The notes below the pieces were generated by a model. The model had not been told where the DNA came from, did not search any database, and worked only from the letters and a program-made list of their open reading frames with translations. This document shows positions 8,646-17,938 of a DNA stretch of 64,000 nt, in pieces. Position 1 is the stretch's first letter, and each line of letters starts with the position of its first letter. The stretch is from Calditrichia bacterium (lineage in GTDB: Bacteria; Calditrichota; Calditrichia; RBG-13-44-9; J075). The stretch spans positions 39,025 through 103,024 of the forward strand of contig JACKAP010000011.1 in NCBI GenBank assembly GCA_020635015.1, given 5' to 3'. The position numbers and the translations under genes are program-made.

Positions 8646-11600
8646 TTAAAACAGCTTCAACTGCGAATCATCCTTCGGTTTGGCGGGTTTGTGCGGAGGG
8701 GCTTTTTTGAGCTCTTTGAGGGCGGTTTCGATGTTGCCGAGATAGCGCGAGGGGGTGGGGGCGTGTTTCTTGCCGGCCATGGTGCGCGATTGGGCATGGG
8801 TCAGGATCAGGTGCTCCTGCGCCCGGGTCATACCGACATAGAACAAACGCCGCTCTTCCGCTTCATCGATTTTCATGCCCGGGCGGCGGAAGGGAATCAG
8901 CCCCTCCTCGCAACCCACAATGAATACCACCGGAAATTCCAGCCCCTTGGAGGCGTGCAGGGTCATCAGTGTCACCCGGTCGGCCCGGGGATCATATTGA
9001 TCGATCGCGGTTTGCAGGGCGATATCCTCTAAAAAATCGCCCAGGCGTTTCTCGAAGGGGCGGGCGTGCTGCACCAGGCGGCGGATGAGATAAAGCTCAT
9101 CCCCATCTACCGCTCGCGACTGATCCAGCAGGATAAAAGAGTGGATCTTTGAGATCAACTCGGCCAGCGGCAACTCCATCCGCGCTGCCTGATACTGCTG
9201 CAGGGCCGGCACGATGGTGCTCAGGCGCTTTTCCTGCCCGGCACTGAACAACTGATGCGCTCGGCAATGTTGTACCGCCTCGCGAAAGCCCACGCCGTCC
9301 TGTGCCTGGAAAAGCCCGCCCTGCCGGTCGATCCTTTCCTGCACCTGCGGCAGTGCTTCTCCCAAGATCGTCTCCAGATGAAACAGCGCCGTGGGATTAT
9401 GCAGCAACTGCAGGTAGGCCAGCAGTTCCCGTACCGGCTTTTGTTCAAATATCGGCAATTGTCCAACACTCTGGTAGGGGATGCCGGAGCGCTGGAATGC
9501 CTCGCTGAGCAGTGCATTCTGCGCGCTGAGCCGGTAGAGCACCGCCACATCGCCAAAGCCGCGCTGCGGGGGTTGCCTCATCGGGATCGACCCGCCCGGA
9601 GTCGTGGGAAAAATAGCTGGTGCCGCCAACCATCCGCTCTACCTGATGTACCGCATATTCCGCTTCTGCCCGGTCGGTTGGCGCTTGATAGATCTCCACC
9701 TTGTAGCGCCCGGCAATCCCGGTCCAGATATCCTGCCCCGGGAGGCCGCTGCCGGCGTCGATCACCTGGCGAGAGGCGCTGAGGATCGGCCGGCTGGAGC
9801 GGTAGTTCTGGCGCAGGCGGATTTCCCGGGCAGCGGGATAATCTTCCTGAAACTTCAGGAAATAACTGCGATCCGCTCCCCGGAAGCCGTAGATGGCCTG
9901 ATCCGGATCGCCGATGACACATAGATTCACTTCCGGTGGAGTGAGCAGGCGCAGCAGGCGGTACTGGGCGTAGTTGACATCCTGGTATTCATCCACCGAG
10001 ATCCAGCGGAAGCGGGCCTGGATGCGCTGAAGTATCTCTGGATGGCTCTCCAGCATGGTGGCCGGGAGCAGCAGCAGATCGTCATAGTCGAGCATCTCCC
10101 TTGCTGTCAGGGCGGCCTGATAGGCGTGGTAAACTTCAGGAAAATTTTCCGGAGCGGATATCTGAGCGTTCAATTCCGGATGGCCCGGTGGGAGCAGCAA
10201 ATTCTTGGCTTCGGAAATGGAGGCGAGAAGCCGTCTGGATTTGCGTTCGCCGAGATTCGGGAAGCAGCGTTGGAAAAAGGATTCCCGGTTCCGCTCCCGG
10301 AGGATGGTGAAATTGGGCCCCATGCCGATGACGCCGCCCTCCTCGCGCAGCAGTAATGCGCCGAAGGCGTGGAAGGTGCGGATAACCATTTGCGCCGCAA
10401 TTTCCTCGCCGGTGAGGGCTGCCAGTCGTTCGCGCATTTCCCGGGCGGCCTTGTTGGTGAAAGTGATGGCCAGGATCGCATCCGCTGTGGCTTTGCCGTC
10501 AGCCAGCAGCAGCGCAATCCAGTGGGTGAGTGTGCGGGTTTTGCCGGTTCCCGGCCCGGCGAGAATGAGCAGGTTTTGCTCGTGGCATAGCGCCGCCGCC
10601 TGCTGCTCGGGATTCAAACCGGCCAGCAGCGCTTCGGCGGTTATGCTCGATTGATCCGGCAGCGCTGCTGGAGATCCGGCGAGCATGTTTTGGGGCTTCT
10701 GCGTTTGTTTGCGCCTTGCCGCGTCTACATTCGCCTTCGCAGATTTCTTCGGAAAAGCGGCGGTGGTTTCGGCTGCCGGCGGCGGTTGATCCATCCCGGC
10801 CGGCCGGGTTTTTCCAAACAGATCCAGTTGGGGAGTGAAGATGTCTCTTTCGGATTTTTCGAACAGCTTGATGATCCCAAACTCTCCGTCATAGCCGGCG
10901 TCAATATGCACTTCGCCCCGGCGCATGCGGCGGATCGCTTCTTTGAGCCGGGCACCGCCCAGCCGTTCCAGCTCTTCCAGGGGGGCGTCTTGCAGAATGC
11001 TTAACTCCGGGCCGAGTTTGGCCAGCAGATTGGCATGCAGCCGGCGAACCCCTTTTCGAAGCGGGCCCGACGCCGAGCACCTCCGCCAGCACTTCCGGCA
11101 AGGGTATCAGGCTGACATAAGGATGCCAGCGCTCCGGTTTGACGCCTTCCGGACGGTCGGCCAACTCTGCCACCCGGTGCATCACTCCAACCGTCACCGG
11201 CCGTCCGCAGACCGGGCAGCGGCTATCGTGATCGCGAGTGGTCTGCGGAGCCCAGCGAATGCCGCATTTGCGGTGTCCGTCAAAGTGATATTTCCCTCCT
11301 CCGGAAAAACTCGATCGTGCCCTTGAAACGATCCGGATCGCCGTTTTTCAAAGCATCAAAAATCGCCGGGTAGGAGAGCTCGGTCTCAAAATGGTTTGCC
11401 TCCCGGGCCAGCTTGGGTGGGGAGTGGGCATCGGAATTGGAAACCAGGGTGAAGCGGTCGAGTGCGGAAAGCTGCCAGTTCATCGGCGGATCGGAGGAAA
11501 GGCCGGTCTCCAGGGCAAAAATGTGCGGGGTGAGGTCTTCGAAACATTCCTCGATCCGGTCAAACCCGGATTTGGAGCCAAAGAGAGAAAACCAGGGGTC

Positions 11601-12097
11601 CAAATATGAGCCGGGATCAGGTAGGCCTGGGGATCGGTTTCCAATACGATCTCGAACAGATCGCGGGCGTCCAGCCCCAGGATGGGGCGGCCGTCGGAAC
11701 GGATGTTGCCGATTTTTTCCAGCTCGATCTGGAATGTCTCCACCGCTTCCAGGGAGGGGAGGAACACCACATTGTGGATCTTGCGGACTTTATCGAATTT
11801 CTTGTAGATATTGCTGATCTCGCCGGCCAGCATAAAGCGCACTTCTCCCCGGCAGGCCGGCGGGATTTCCGGATCGACGTCGGCCGCAACCTCCGCTTTG
11901 AGGCGGAACAGCCCGGCCTCCGCCGGTTCCAGCTTTTCGCGCATCTCCTCCAGCCAGCCGGGATGGGCGATGTCGCCGCTGCCCACCACTTGCACTCCCT
12001 TCAGTTGCGCCCATTTGTAAAGCTGCTCAAAATTGAGATCCTTGCTGGTCGCCCGCGAATAATGGGAGTGGATGTGCAGATCGGCGATAATCTTCAT
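8646..12097 (-). pseudogene. EndoQ-like PHP-domain endonuclease fused to a UvrD/PcrA-type SF1 helicase (~1,150 aa if repaired), interrupted by four frameshifts
   Basis: Five ORF-track pieces are colinear with one protein. 11480..12097 carries MKIIADLHIHSHYS...IPAHIWTP. 11280..11603 carries PWFSLFGSKSGFD...ALETGLSSDP...VSNSDAHSP...GTIEFF. 10901..11197 carries a zinc-finger region and VGVMHRVAEL. 9445..10926 carries RMRRGEVHIDAGYDGEFG then LILAGPGTGKT...VDEYQD...IGDPDQAIYGFRGA. 8646..9629 carries FGDVAVLYR...LMTLHASKGLEFP...LFYVGMTRA. Frame changes map to homopolymer runs at 11595-11598, 11294-11304, 11049-11052 and about 9568-9572. Confidence 0.8.
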
Positions 12098-12117
12098 CGG
12101 TTATCCCTAACCCTTGT

Positions 12118-12513
12118 TTAATCTTTGATCAGCATTCCCAGCGCCGCGCCGGCCGCGGTCGCTTCGATCATGGTGCCCAGAAACCAGACCAGGGCCATGT
12201 AATAGTCGATCGGCATGGTGGCGTAGGTGCCGTAACCCATTGAAATGCCGGCACCGACGCCGAAAACCAGCCCGTAAATTACCCCCGGCATCATCCCTTT
12301 ATCTTTGAGCAGTTGAGCGTAAATATAGACGAAAGTAAAGGCTGAGACCAGCCGCACAAAATTCAGCAGCCCCATCTTCATGTCTTCCATGGTGCGGTAG
12401 AGTTCCGGATGATTGGCATAACTGCTTCCCAGGATCATCCCATGTATCACATAATCCAGCACAAACCAGATGATAAACACCACAACGGTACCCAATGCAA
12501 GCTTTTTGGCCAT
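12118..12513 (-). CDS. Small integral membrane protein (about 4 TM; possibly DUF1761-like)
   Basis: ORF of 131 aa with clear hydrophobic helices (LGTVVVFIIWFVLDYVIHGMIL, FVRLVSAFTFVYIYAQ, GVIYGLVFGVGAGISMG, YYMALVWFLGTMIEA). The family assignment is tentative. Confidence 0.6.
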   Translation of the reverse strand: MAKKLALGTVVVFIIWFVLDYVIHGMILGSSYANHPELYRTMEDMKMGLLNFVRLVSAFTFVYIYAQLLKDKGMMPGVIYGLVFGVGAGISMGYGTYATMPIDYYMALVWFLGTMIEATAAGAALGMLIKD

Positions 12514-12574
12514 GATTAACCTCCAATATTGGTTAGTGGGAGAATGTAGTAAACTCGGGGGAAATATGAAAGGA

Positions 12575-12956
12575 CGATGTTAGCTCGCTGTCGCTCGCGA
12601 TGTTAGCTCGCTGTCGCTCGCGATGTTAGCTCGCTGTCGCTCGCGATGTTAGCTCGCTGTCGCTCGCGATGTTAGCTCGCTGTCGCTCGCGATGTCGCTG
12701 TCGCGATGTTAGCTCGCTGTCGCTCGCGATGTTAGCTCGCTGTCGCTCGCGATGTTAGCTCGCTGTCGCTCGCGATGTTAGCTCGCTGTCGCTCGCGATG
12801 TTAGCTCGCTGTCGCTCGCGATGTTAGCTCGCTGTCGCTCGCGATGTTAGCTCGCTGTCGCTCGCGATGTTAGCTCGCTGTCGCTCGCGATGTTAGCTCG
12901 CTGTCGCTCGCGATGTTAGCTCGCTGTCGCTCGCGATGTTAGCTCGCTGTCGCTCG
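12575..12956. repeat. Tandem array of 16 identical 23-bp units CGATGTTAGCTCGCTGTCGCTCG plus one 14-nt truncated unit
   Basis: Counted by hand. Units start at 12575 and repeat every 23 nt. One short unit cgatgtcgctgtcg lies at 12690-12703, and the array resumes at 12704 and ends at 12956. There are no spacers, and the period is not divisible by 3. Confidence 0.95.
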
Positions 12957-13124
12957 CGTTCATAATGATCGCCGAAGGCAAATATCGTCGGCGTAGCCGA
13001 CAAACATCGTGAGCGAAGCGAGCAAATATCGCGCGCAGCGCAAACATCGTGAGCGAAGCGAACAAACATCGCGCGCAGCGCAAACATCGTGAGCGAAGCG
13101 AGCAAACATCGCCGGCTACGCCGG
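12957..13124. repeat. Block of degenerate, opposite-orientation relatives of the 23-bp unit (18- and 22-nt units forming a ~40-nt higher-order repeat)
   Basis: The block contains tgagcgaagcgagcaaatatcg cgcgcagcgcaaacatcg tgagcgaagcgaacaaacatcg cgcgcagcgcaaacatcg tgagcgaagcgagcaaacatcg gccggctacgccggc. The reverse complement of a 22-nt unit matches the 23-bp unit at about 20 of 23 positions. The block ends exactly at the ggt stop codon. Confidence 0.9.
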
Positions 13125-14837
13125 CTAATACCCCACCGCCGCCCCATCCGCGCTGCGCGGGTCGCAGCCGCCGGTTCGCAGATTGCTTTCCGGGTCGATA
13201 TAAATGCCCATCGCCTGGCCCTGGGCACGGCGCCAGCGGATGTGGTGACCTCTGGCTTCCAGCTTCTCCACCGAGTCGTTGGTCGTGCCCCATTTTTCGA
13301 TCCTGGTAACATCGGGCAGCCATTGGTGGTGAAAGCGCGGTGCGTTGACTGCCTCGAAAATATTCATGTCAAAATCGACCACGTTGAGGATGCATTGCAG
13401 CACTGTGTTGATGATGGTGCGCCCGCCCGGCGTGCCGATCAGCATAATCGTCTTGCCGTCCTTCGCCAGAATGCTTGGGGTCATCGAGGAAAGCATCCGC
13501 TTATCCGGCTGCACCAGGTTGGGTTGGGTGCCGATCAAACCAGTCGAATCGGTATGGCCGGGCCAGGGATTGAAATCGCCCATCTCATTGTTGAGCAGGA
13601 AGCCGGCGCCGTTGAGCACGATCCGCGAGCCATAGCTGTATTCCAGGGTATAGGTGTTGGAAACGGCGTTGCCGTCTTTATCCACTACCGAAAAATGGGT
13701 GGTCTCTTCCGATTCCTCTCCCCAGTCGAAAGATGCCGGGTCGCTGACCGAGGTTTTTTCCATGCTGATGGTGCGGCGCAGCGCCTCGGCATAGGATTTG
13801 TCGAGCAGTTTTTCCAACGGCAGGTCGGGATTAAAATCCGGATCGCCCAGGTGCTCGGCGCGGTCGGCGTAGGCCCGGCGCATCGCTTCGGTGACCACAT
13901 GAATATAGTCGGCGGAATTATGCCCCATCTTTTCCAGATTATATCCTTCCAAAATATTAAGCATGATCGACAGGGTGATGCCGCCGGAACTGGGTGGCGC
14001 CATGGAATAGAGGGTATAGCCGCGGTAACTGTTTTCTACCGGTTTCCGCTCCACCGCCTGGTAGGCGGCGAGATCCGCGCGAGTGATCAACCCCCCGTTC
14101 GCTTTCATCTCAGTTTCAAATATTTCCGCAGTTTTGCCTTTGTAAAATCCGTCGCGACCTTTTTCGGCAATACGCCGCAGGGTAGCGGCCAGATCAGGCT
14201 GCTGCCAGATCTCATCCATCTCGTAGAAGCTGCCGTCCGGTTTGGAGAACTTCTTTACCGACCCGGGATAATCGGCAAATTGCGGGGCGAGGTATTGAAA
14301 ATCGCGCACCAGGTTGTAGGAGAGCACAAAGCCGTTTTCGGCGAGTTCAATTGCGGGCTGCAGCACCTCCGCCAGCGTCATGGTGCCATATTTTTCCAGG
14401 GCCGCGGCGAAGCCGGCCACGGTGCCGGGCACGCCCACCGCCAGGTAGCCGTCGTGGTTGAGATTGCGGACCAGTTGGCCATTCTCATCCAAATACATCT
14501 TCTCATGGGCGGCTTTGGGCGCTTTTTCCCGGTAGTCGAAAGTGGTGCAGGTGCCGTCGGCCAGGCGGATGACCATGAACCCGCCGCCTCCGATGTTCCC
14601 GGCGCTGGGATGCACCACTGCCAGGGCAAAGCCGGTCGCCACCGCTGCGTCCACCGCATTGCCGCCACGCTTGAGGATTTCCGTTCCGACCTCCGAGGCG
14701 ATACGGTTGGTGGAAACCACCATGCCGTGTTTGGCATACACCGGCCATTTCTGAGCCTGAAGTGTAGTTACAGAAAATAATGTCAGGATAACAAATAGTG
14801 TAATCCGGAAAAGCAAATCGGTAAATCGACGACTCAT
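13125..14837 (-). CDS. ggt: Gamma-glutamyltranspeptidase
   Basis: Part of ORF 13125..14936. It shows GGNAVDAAVATGFALAVVHPSAGNIGGGGFMV, the autoprocessing-site context ETTHFSVVDKDGNAVS, and GTPGGRTIINTV. I set the start at ATG 14837 (MSRRFTDLLFRITLFVILTLFSVTTLQA signal peptide). Confidence 0.92.
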   Translation of the reverse strand: MSRRFTDLLFRITLFVILTLFSVTTLQAQKWPVYAKHGMVVSTNRIASEVGTEILKRGGNAVDAAVATGFALAVVHPSAGNIGGGGFMVIRLADGTCTTFDYREKAPKAAHEKMYLDENGQLVRNLNHDGYLAVGVPGTVAGFAAALEKYGTMTLAEVLQPAIELAENGFVLSYNLVRDFQYLAPQFADYPGSVKKFSKPDGSFYEMDEIWQQPDLAATLRRIAEKGRDGFYKGKTAEIFETEMKANGGLITRADLAAYQAVERKPVENSYRGYTLYSMAPPSSGGITLSIMLNILEGYNLEKMGHNSADYIHVVTEAMRRAYADRAEHLGDPDFNPDLPLEKLLDKSYAEALRRTISMEKTSVSDPASFDWGEESEETTHFSVVDKDGNAVSNTYTLEYSYGSRIVLNGAGFLLNNEMGDFNPWPGHTDSTGLIGTQPNLVQPDKRMLSSMTPSILAKDGKTIMLIGTPGGRTIINTVLQCILNVVDFDMNIFEAVNAPRFHHQWLPDVTRIEKWGTTNDSVEKLEARGHHIRWRRAQGQAMGIYIDPESNLRTGGCDPRSADGAAVGY

Positions 14838-14938
14838 ATTGCCCAAAATTATCCTCCATTCTGCCGTGATAAGGCGTGAATTGATCGTTGATGGGAAGCG
14901 TGATAAATGAAAGAGCGCTCTGCGTACCATCTGCATAT

Positions 14939-14979
14939 AAATAATCCTACCCGGCGCCGTTTGCCGGGTAGGATTATTT
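14939..14979 (-). terminator. Candidate intrinsic terminator hairpin downstream of the TonB-dependent receptor gene
   Basis: A 17-bp perfect stem, aaataatcctacccggc (14939-14955) paired with gccgggtaggattattt (14963-14979), encloses a 7-nt loop. The stem ends are A/T rich. It lies 40 nt after the stop at 15019 on the minus strand. Confidence 0.6.
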
Positions 14980-15018
14980 AATGATTCAAAAGCTCAAAAT
15001 CAAGCTTTACCACAGGAA

Positions 15019-17823
15019 TCAGCGGCTGAAATTCAAGCGGGCATAAATGCTCCGGCCAAAGAAGCCGAAGGGGGAGAGGCCGTCATAGGGGAAAATCCCG
15101 TTGAAGCTGTTCGCTTTAATCTGCTTGTCCGGGTAGACGTCGAAAAGGTTCTCCACTCCCAGGGCGATGGAGAGGTTCTGCACCAGCTTGTAGCCGGCTT
15201 CGAAGTCGGTGACCCACTTGGCGCCGAAAGTTTCATCCAATGGATTCACACCGGTGGACGGATCGGGATCGGAGGAGTTCAGGTCGGTCACTTCGCCGTA
15301 GAACTGGGTGCGCAGCATGAATTTGAAGTTGTTGAGGTCATAGTTGCCGGTGAAGTTGAATTTCTGCTTCGGCTGACCTACTTCAAAACGGCCCTGCTCC
15401 ACTCGGCCGAACAGCGGAATGTCGGTTACGGCCTGAATTTCCGCCGGGGTTTCGATCTCATCTTTGTTGGTGATCTCGGTTTCGTTGAAGTTCAGTGCAG
15501 CGGTGAAGTGGAAGGTGCCCGGGCCTAAAGGCAGAGCGACCCGGCCGGTAATATCCAGACCCTGGGTGCGGGTGTCGACCGCATTGGTGAAGTAGCGACC
15601 GCCGTTGGCGTTGATCCCCCGGTCGGACAGGAATTGGGCAATGCCGCTGCCGGTGAAGTTCTCGGTGAAGACCACCCGGTCCTTGATATCGATCTGGTAG
15701 GCGTCGATCGTCATGGAGACGTTGTTTTTGGAGAAGGTAATGCCGGCGCTCAGGTTAATCGACTTCTCGGCATCGAGGTCTTTGGCGCCGAGGGCTCGGG
15801 CTACCGGGCTGTTGACCGGGAAAGTGCCGACTTCGAAAGGCACACCGTTGATGAAGTTGGTGGCGATAGAGGAGTAGTAAGCCTGAGCCAGCGAGGGAGC
15901 GCGGAAACCGCTGCTGACCCCGCCGCGCAGCGCCAATTCCGGAGTTAATTCGAAGCGCCCGGTCGCTTTTCCGGTGACCGTCGAACCGAAGTCGCTGTAG
16001 TTTTCAAAACGTCCCGCAACCCCAACCAGGAATTTACTGGTGAGATTGTTTTCCAGATCAACATAAACCCCGATATTGGTGCGGGAGGTGTCGGTTTCGT
16101 TGCGGGGAGAATATCCCGGGAAGCACTGGGCGCCGGCCGCAGCGGCATCACCGGCATTGGGGCCGTCGAGCACCGGCACTTCGCCGTTGAGGTAAGAGGC
16201 TTCTTCTCCGGGTTCGATCTTGTAGTTATCATAGCGGAATTCCGCGCCGATGGCCACATTCAGCGGCGAGGCGCTGCCGATATCCATGCTGCGGAAGAAG
16301 TCCAGATTAGTGGTCGCCTGGGCGAACTTCAGGGTGCCGGCATCGAATTCCGTGGGACTGTCGTCGCCCATGGAGGTGTTGTTGCTCTGGATGACGCCCC
16401 AGTCAAAACTATTGGTGCCGAAAGTCTCACTGAAGTCATACGCCCACGCCCCGACGGTACCCTTAACGCCGGCGGCGGCAGAGACGTCCTGTAAGGTATT
16501 TTCCAGGATGGGCAGGAAGCCGTCGGGGTGGATGGAACGCACGGTGCGGTTGTCGTTGGCCCGGCGAAAGAAGCAGCCGCTCTGCCCCAGGCGGTGATTG
16601 TAGCCGCCGAAGGTGTAAAATTGGGTGCCGGAAGTACCCAACGGGAAGTTGCCGTTGAAGAAGAAGCTGGCGTTGTCGAACTCGCCGTTACCGTAGCGGT
16701 GGTTCAGGCGGTCGAAGCTGTCTTCCCGGGGATCGTTGTCAAAATACTGCTGGCGGGGATCGAGGCCGGCGCGGTTGGCGTAACCGCTGCTGCGCAGTTG
16801 GGCGGAGAGATAGAGGTTGCCGCCGCCCAGAGGAACCCCGTACCCGAGGTGCAGATTGACCGCTTTGCCATCTTTATAAGTTACATCTTCCGGACCGCCG
16901 AGACCGCTGCCGTCCCAGTCGTAAGCGCCGGCGTCATTGCCGTCGGGGCGATTGCCCTCATCTTCCGTGTACCCACGGTCGACAGAGCTATAGTATTGCG
17001 AATAGGTGGCAGTGACATCGAGGCCGGCCTTTTCTTTCAGCACGATGTTGATCACCCCGGAGATGGCATCAGAGCCGTACTGGGCTGCCGCGCCATCGCG
17101 CAGCACTTCGATCTTGGCGATTGCCGAGGCCGGGATGGCGTTCAGGTCGACGCCAGTCGAGCCACGCCCCACCGAGCCGTTGACATGCACCAGGGCGCTG
17201 GTATGGCGGCGTTTGCCGTTGACCAGGATCAGCACCTGGTCCGGTCCCAGACCGCGCAAGGTGGCCGGGCGCATGTGGTCGGAACCGTCGGTAATGGAGG
17301 GGCGGGGTGCATTATAAGAAGGGATCAGTTGTTGTAGAATCTGGGTCGTTTCAGACATCCCGGATGCGCGAATCTCCTCTTCGCTGATCACATCGATCGG
17401 CACCGGCGATTCCACCACAGTGCGTCCGGAGCGTCGGGTACCGAGCACCACCACTTCGTTGGCGCCGATGTAGTCGGTGCGGAGGGTAACGTCATTGGTC
17501 GCGGTTTCCCCGGCACTTACCGTCACTTCCGTGGTAACCGTCTTGTATGAGATATAATTGATGCGTACTTGATATTTGCCGGGGGGCAGCTTGAGACTGT
17601 AAAAGCCGTCCAGGTCGGTGGAAGTGCCCATAATCGTGCCCAGGATAAACACGTTGGCACCGGGCAGGGGATCGCCGGACTTGGCATCGGTGACCCGCCC
17701 GGCCAGGGTGCCGGTGCTTTGGGCCAGCGCCGGGGACAAACCGAAAGCCGTGGTTAAAACCAAAATTAGCAAACCCCGAAACATGCTGCGGGTGGGGCAA
17801 AGCATTTTAGCGATACATTGCAT
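15019..17823 (-). CDS. TonB-dependent receptor with an N-terminal CarboxypepD_reg domain
   Basis: Part of ORF 15019..17865. It shows GRVTDAKSGDPLPGANVFILGT..TDLDGFYSLKLPPGKYQVRINYISYK, a plug region (VVLGTRR...IDVISEEEI...LRGLGPDQVLILVNG), and a long beta-barrel. I set the start at ATG 17823, which is preceded by AGGAGG. Confidence 0.88.
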   Translation of the reverse strand: MQCIAKMLCPTRSMFRGLLILVLTTAFGLSPALAQSTGTLAGRVTDAKSGDPLPGANVFILGTIMGTSTDLDGFYSLKLPPGKYQVRINYISYKTVTTEVTVSAGETATNDVTLRTDYIGANEVVVLGTRRSGRTVVESPVPIDVISEEEIRASGMSETTQILQQLIPSYNAPRPSITDGSDHMRPATLRGLGPDQVLILVNGKRRHTSALVHVNGSVGRGSTGVDLNAIPASAIAKIEVLRDGAAAQYGSDAISGVINIVLKEKAGLDVTATYSQYYSSVDRGYTEDEGNRPDGNDAGAYDWDGSGLGGPEDVTYKDGKAVNLHLGYGVPLGGGNLYLSAQLRSSGYANRAGLDPRQQYFDNDPREDSFDRLNHRYGNGEFDNASFFFNGNFPLGTSGTQFYTFGGYNHRLGQSGCFFRRANDNRTVRSIHPDGFLPILENTLQDVSAAAGVKGTVGAWAYDFSETFGTNSFDWGVIQSNNTSMGDDSPTEFDAGTLKFAQATTNLDFFRSMDIGSASPLNVAIGAEFRYDNYKIEPGEEASYLNGEVPVLDGPNAGDAAAAGAQCFPGYSPRNETDTSRTNIGVYVDLENNLTSKFLVGVAGRFENYSDFGSTVTGKATGRFELTPELALRGGVSSGFRAPSLAQAYYSSIATNFINGVPFEVGTFPVNSPVARALGAKDLDAEKSINLSAGITFSKNNVSMTIDAYQIDIKDRVVFTENFTGSGIAQFLSDRGINANGGRYFTNAVDTRTQGLDITGRVALPLGPGTFHFTAALNFNETEITNKDEIETPAEIQAVTDIPLFGRVEQGRFEVGQPKQKFNFTGNYDLNNFKFMLRTQFYGEVTDLNSSDPDPSTGVNPLDETFGAKWVTDFEAGYKLVQNLSIALGVENLFDVYPDKQIKANSFNGIFPYDGLSPFGFFGRSIYARLNFSR

Positions 17824-17938
17824 AAAGCCTCCTGAATAATTGATGGCGTCTTTTTCAGCGTTCATTGAAAAATAAACGCAATCGGAATGAAATAACCAAA
17901 TTTTCTAACGATTTTTTTTTCACCTGCGGATGGGGGAG

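Noticed and set aside
12575-12956. The regular 23-bp direct repeats could be mistaken for a CRISPR array.
   Set aside because: The units are contiguous with no spacers at all. The unit is shorter than typical CRISPR repeats. No cas genes are present in the window.
13089-14780. Long ORFs antisense to real genes. Examples are 13089..14780 (+), 51158..53134 (+), 53324..55042 (-), 42111..43481 (+), 44059..45336 (+), 49369..50505 (+), 56124..57386 (-), 62831..63964 (-), 23516..24685 (-), 25307..26614 (-), 33227..34249 (+), 47318..48340 (+), 4052..4966 (+) and 117..749 (+).
   Set aside because: Their translations are low-complexity, Arg/Gly/Ala/Pro-rich and motif-free. Each lies exactly opposite a gene with unambiguous family motifs. 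These are typical shadow ORFs of GC-rich DNA.
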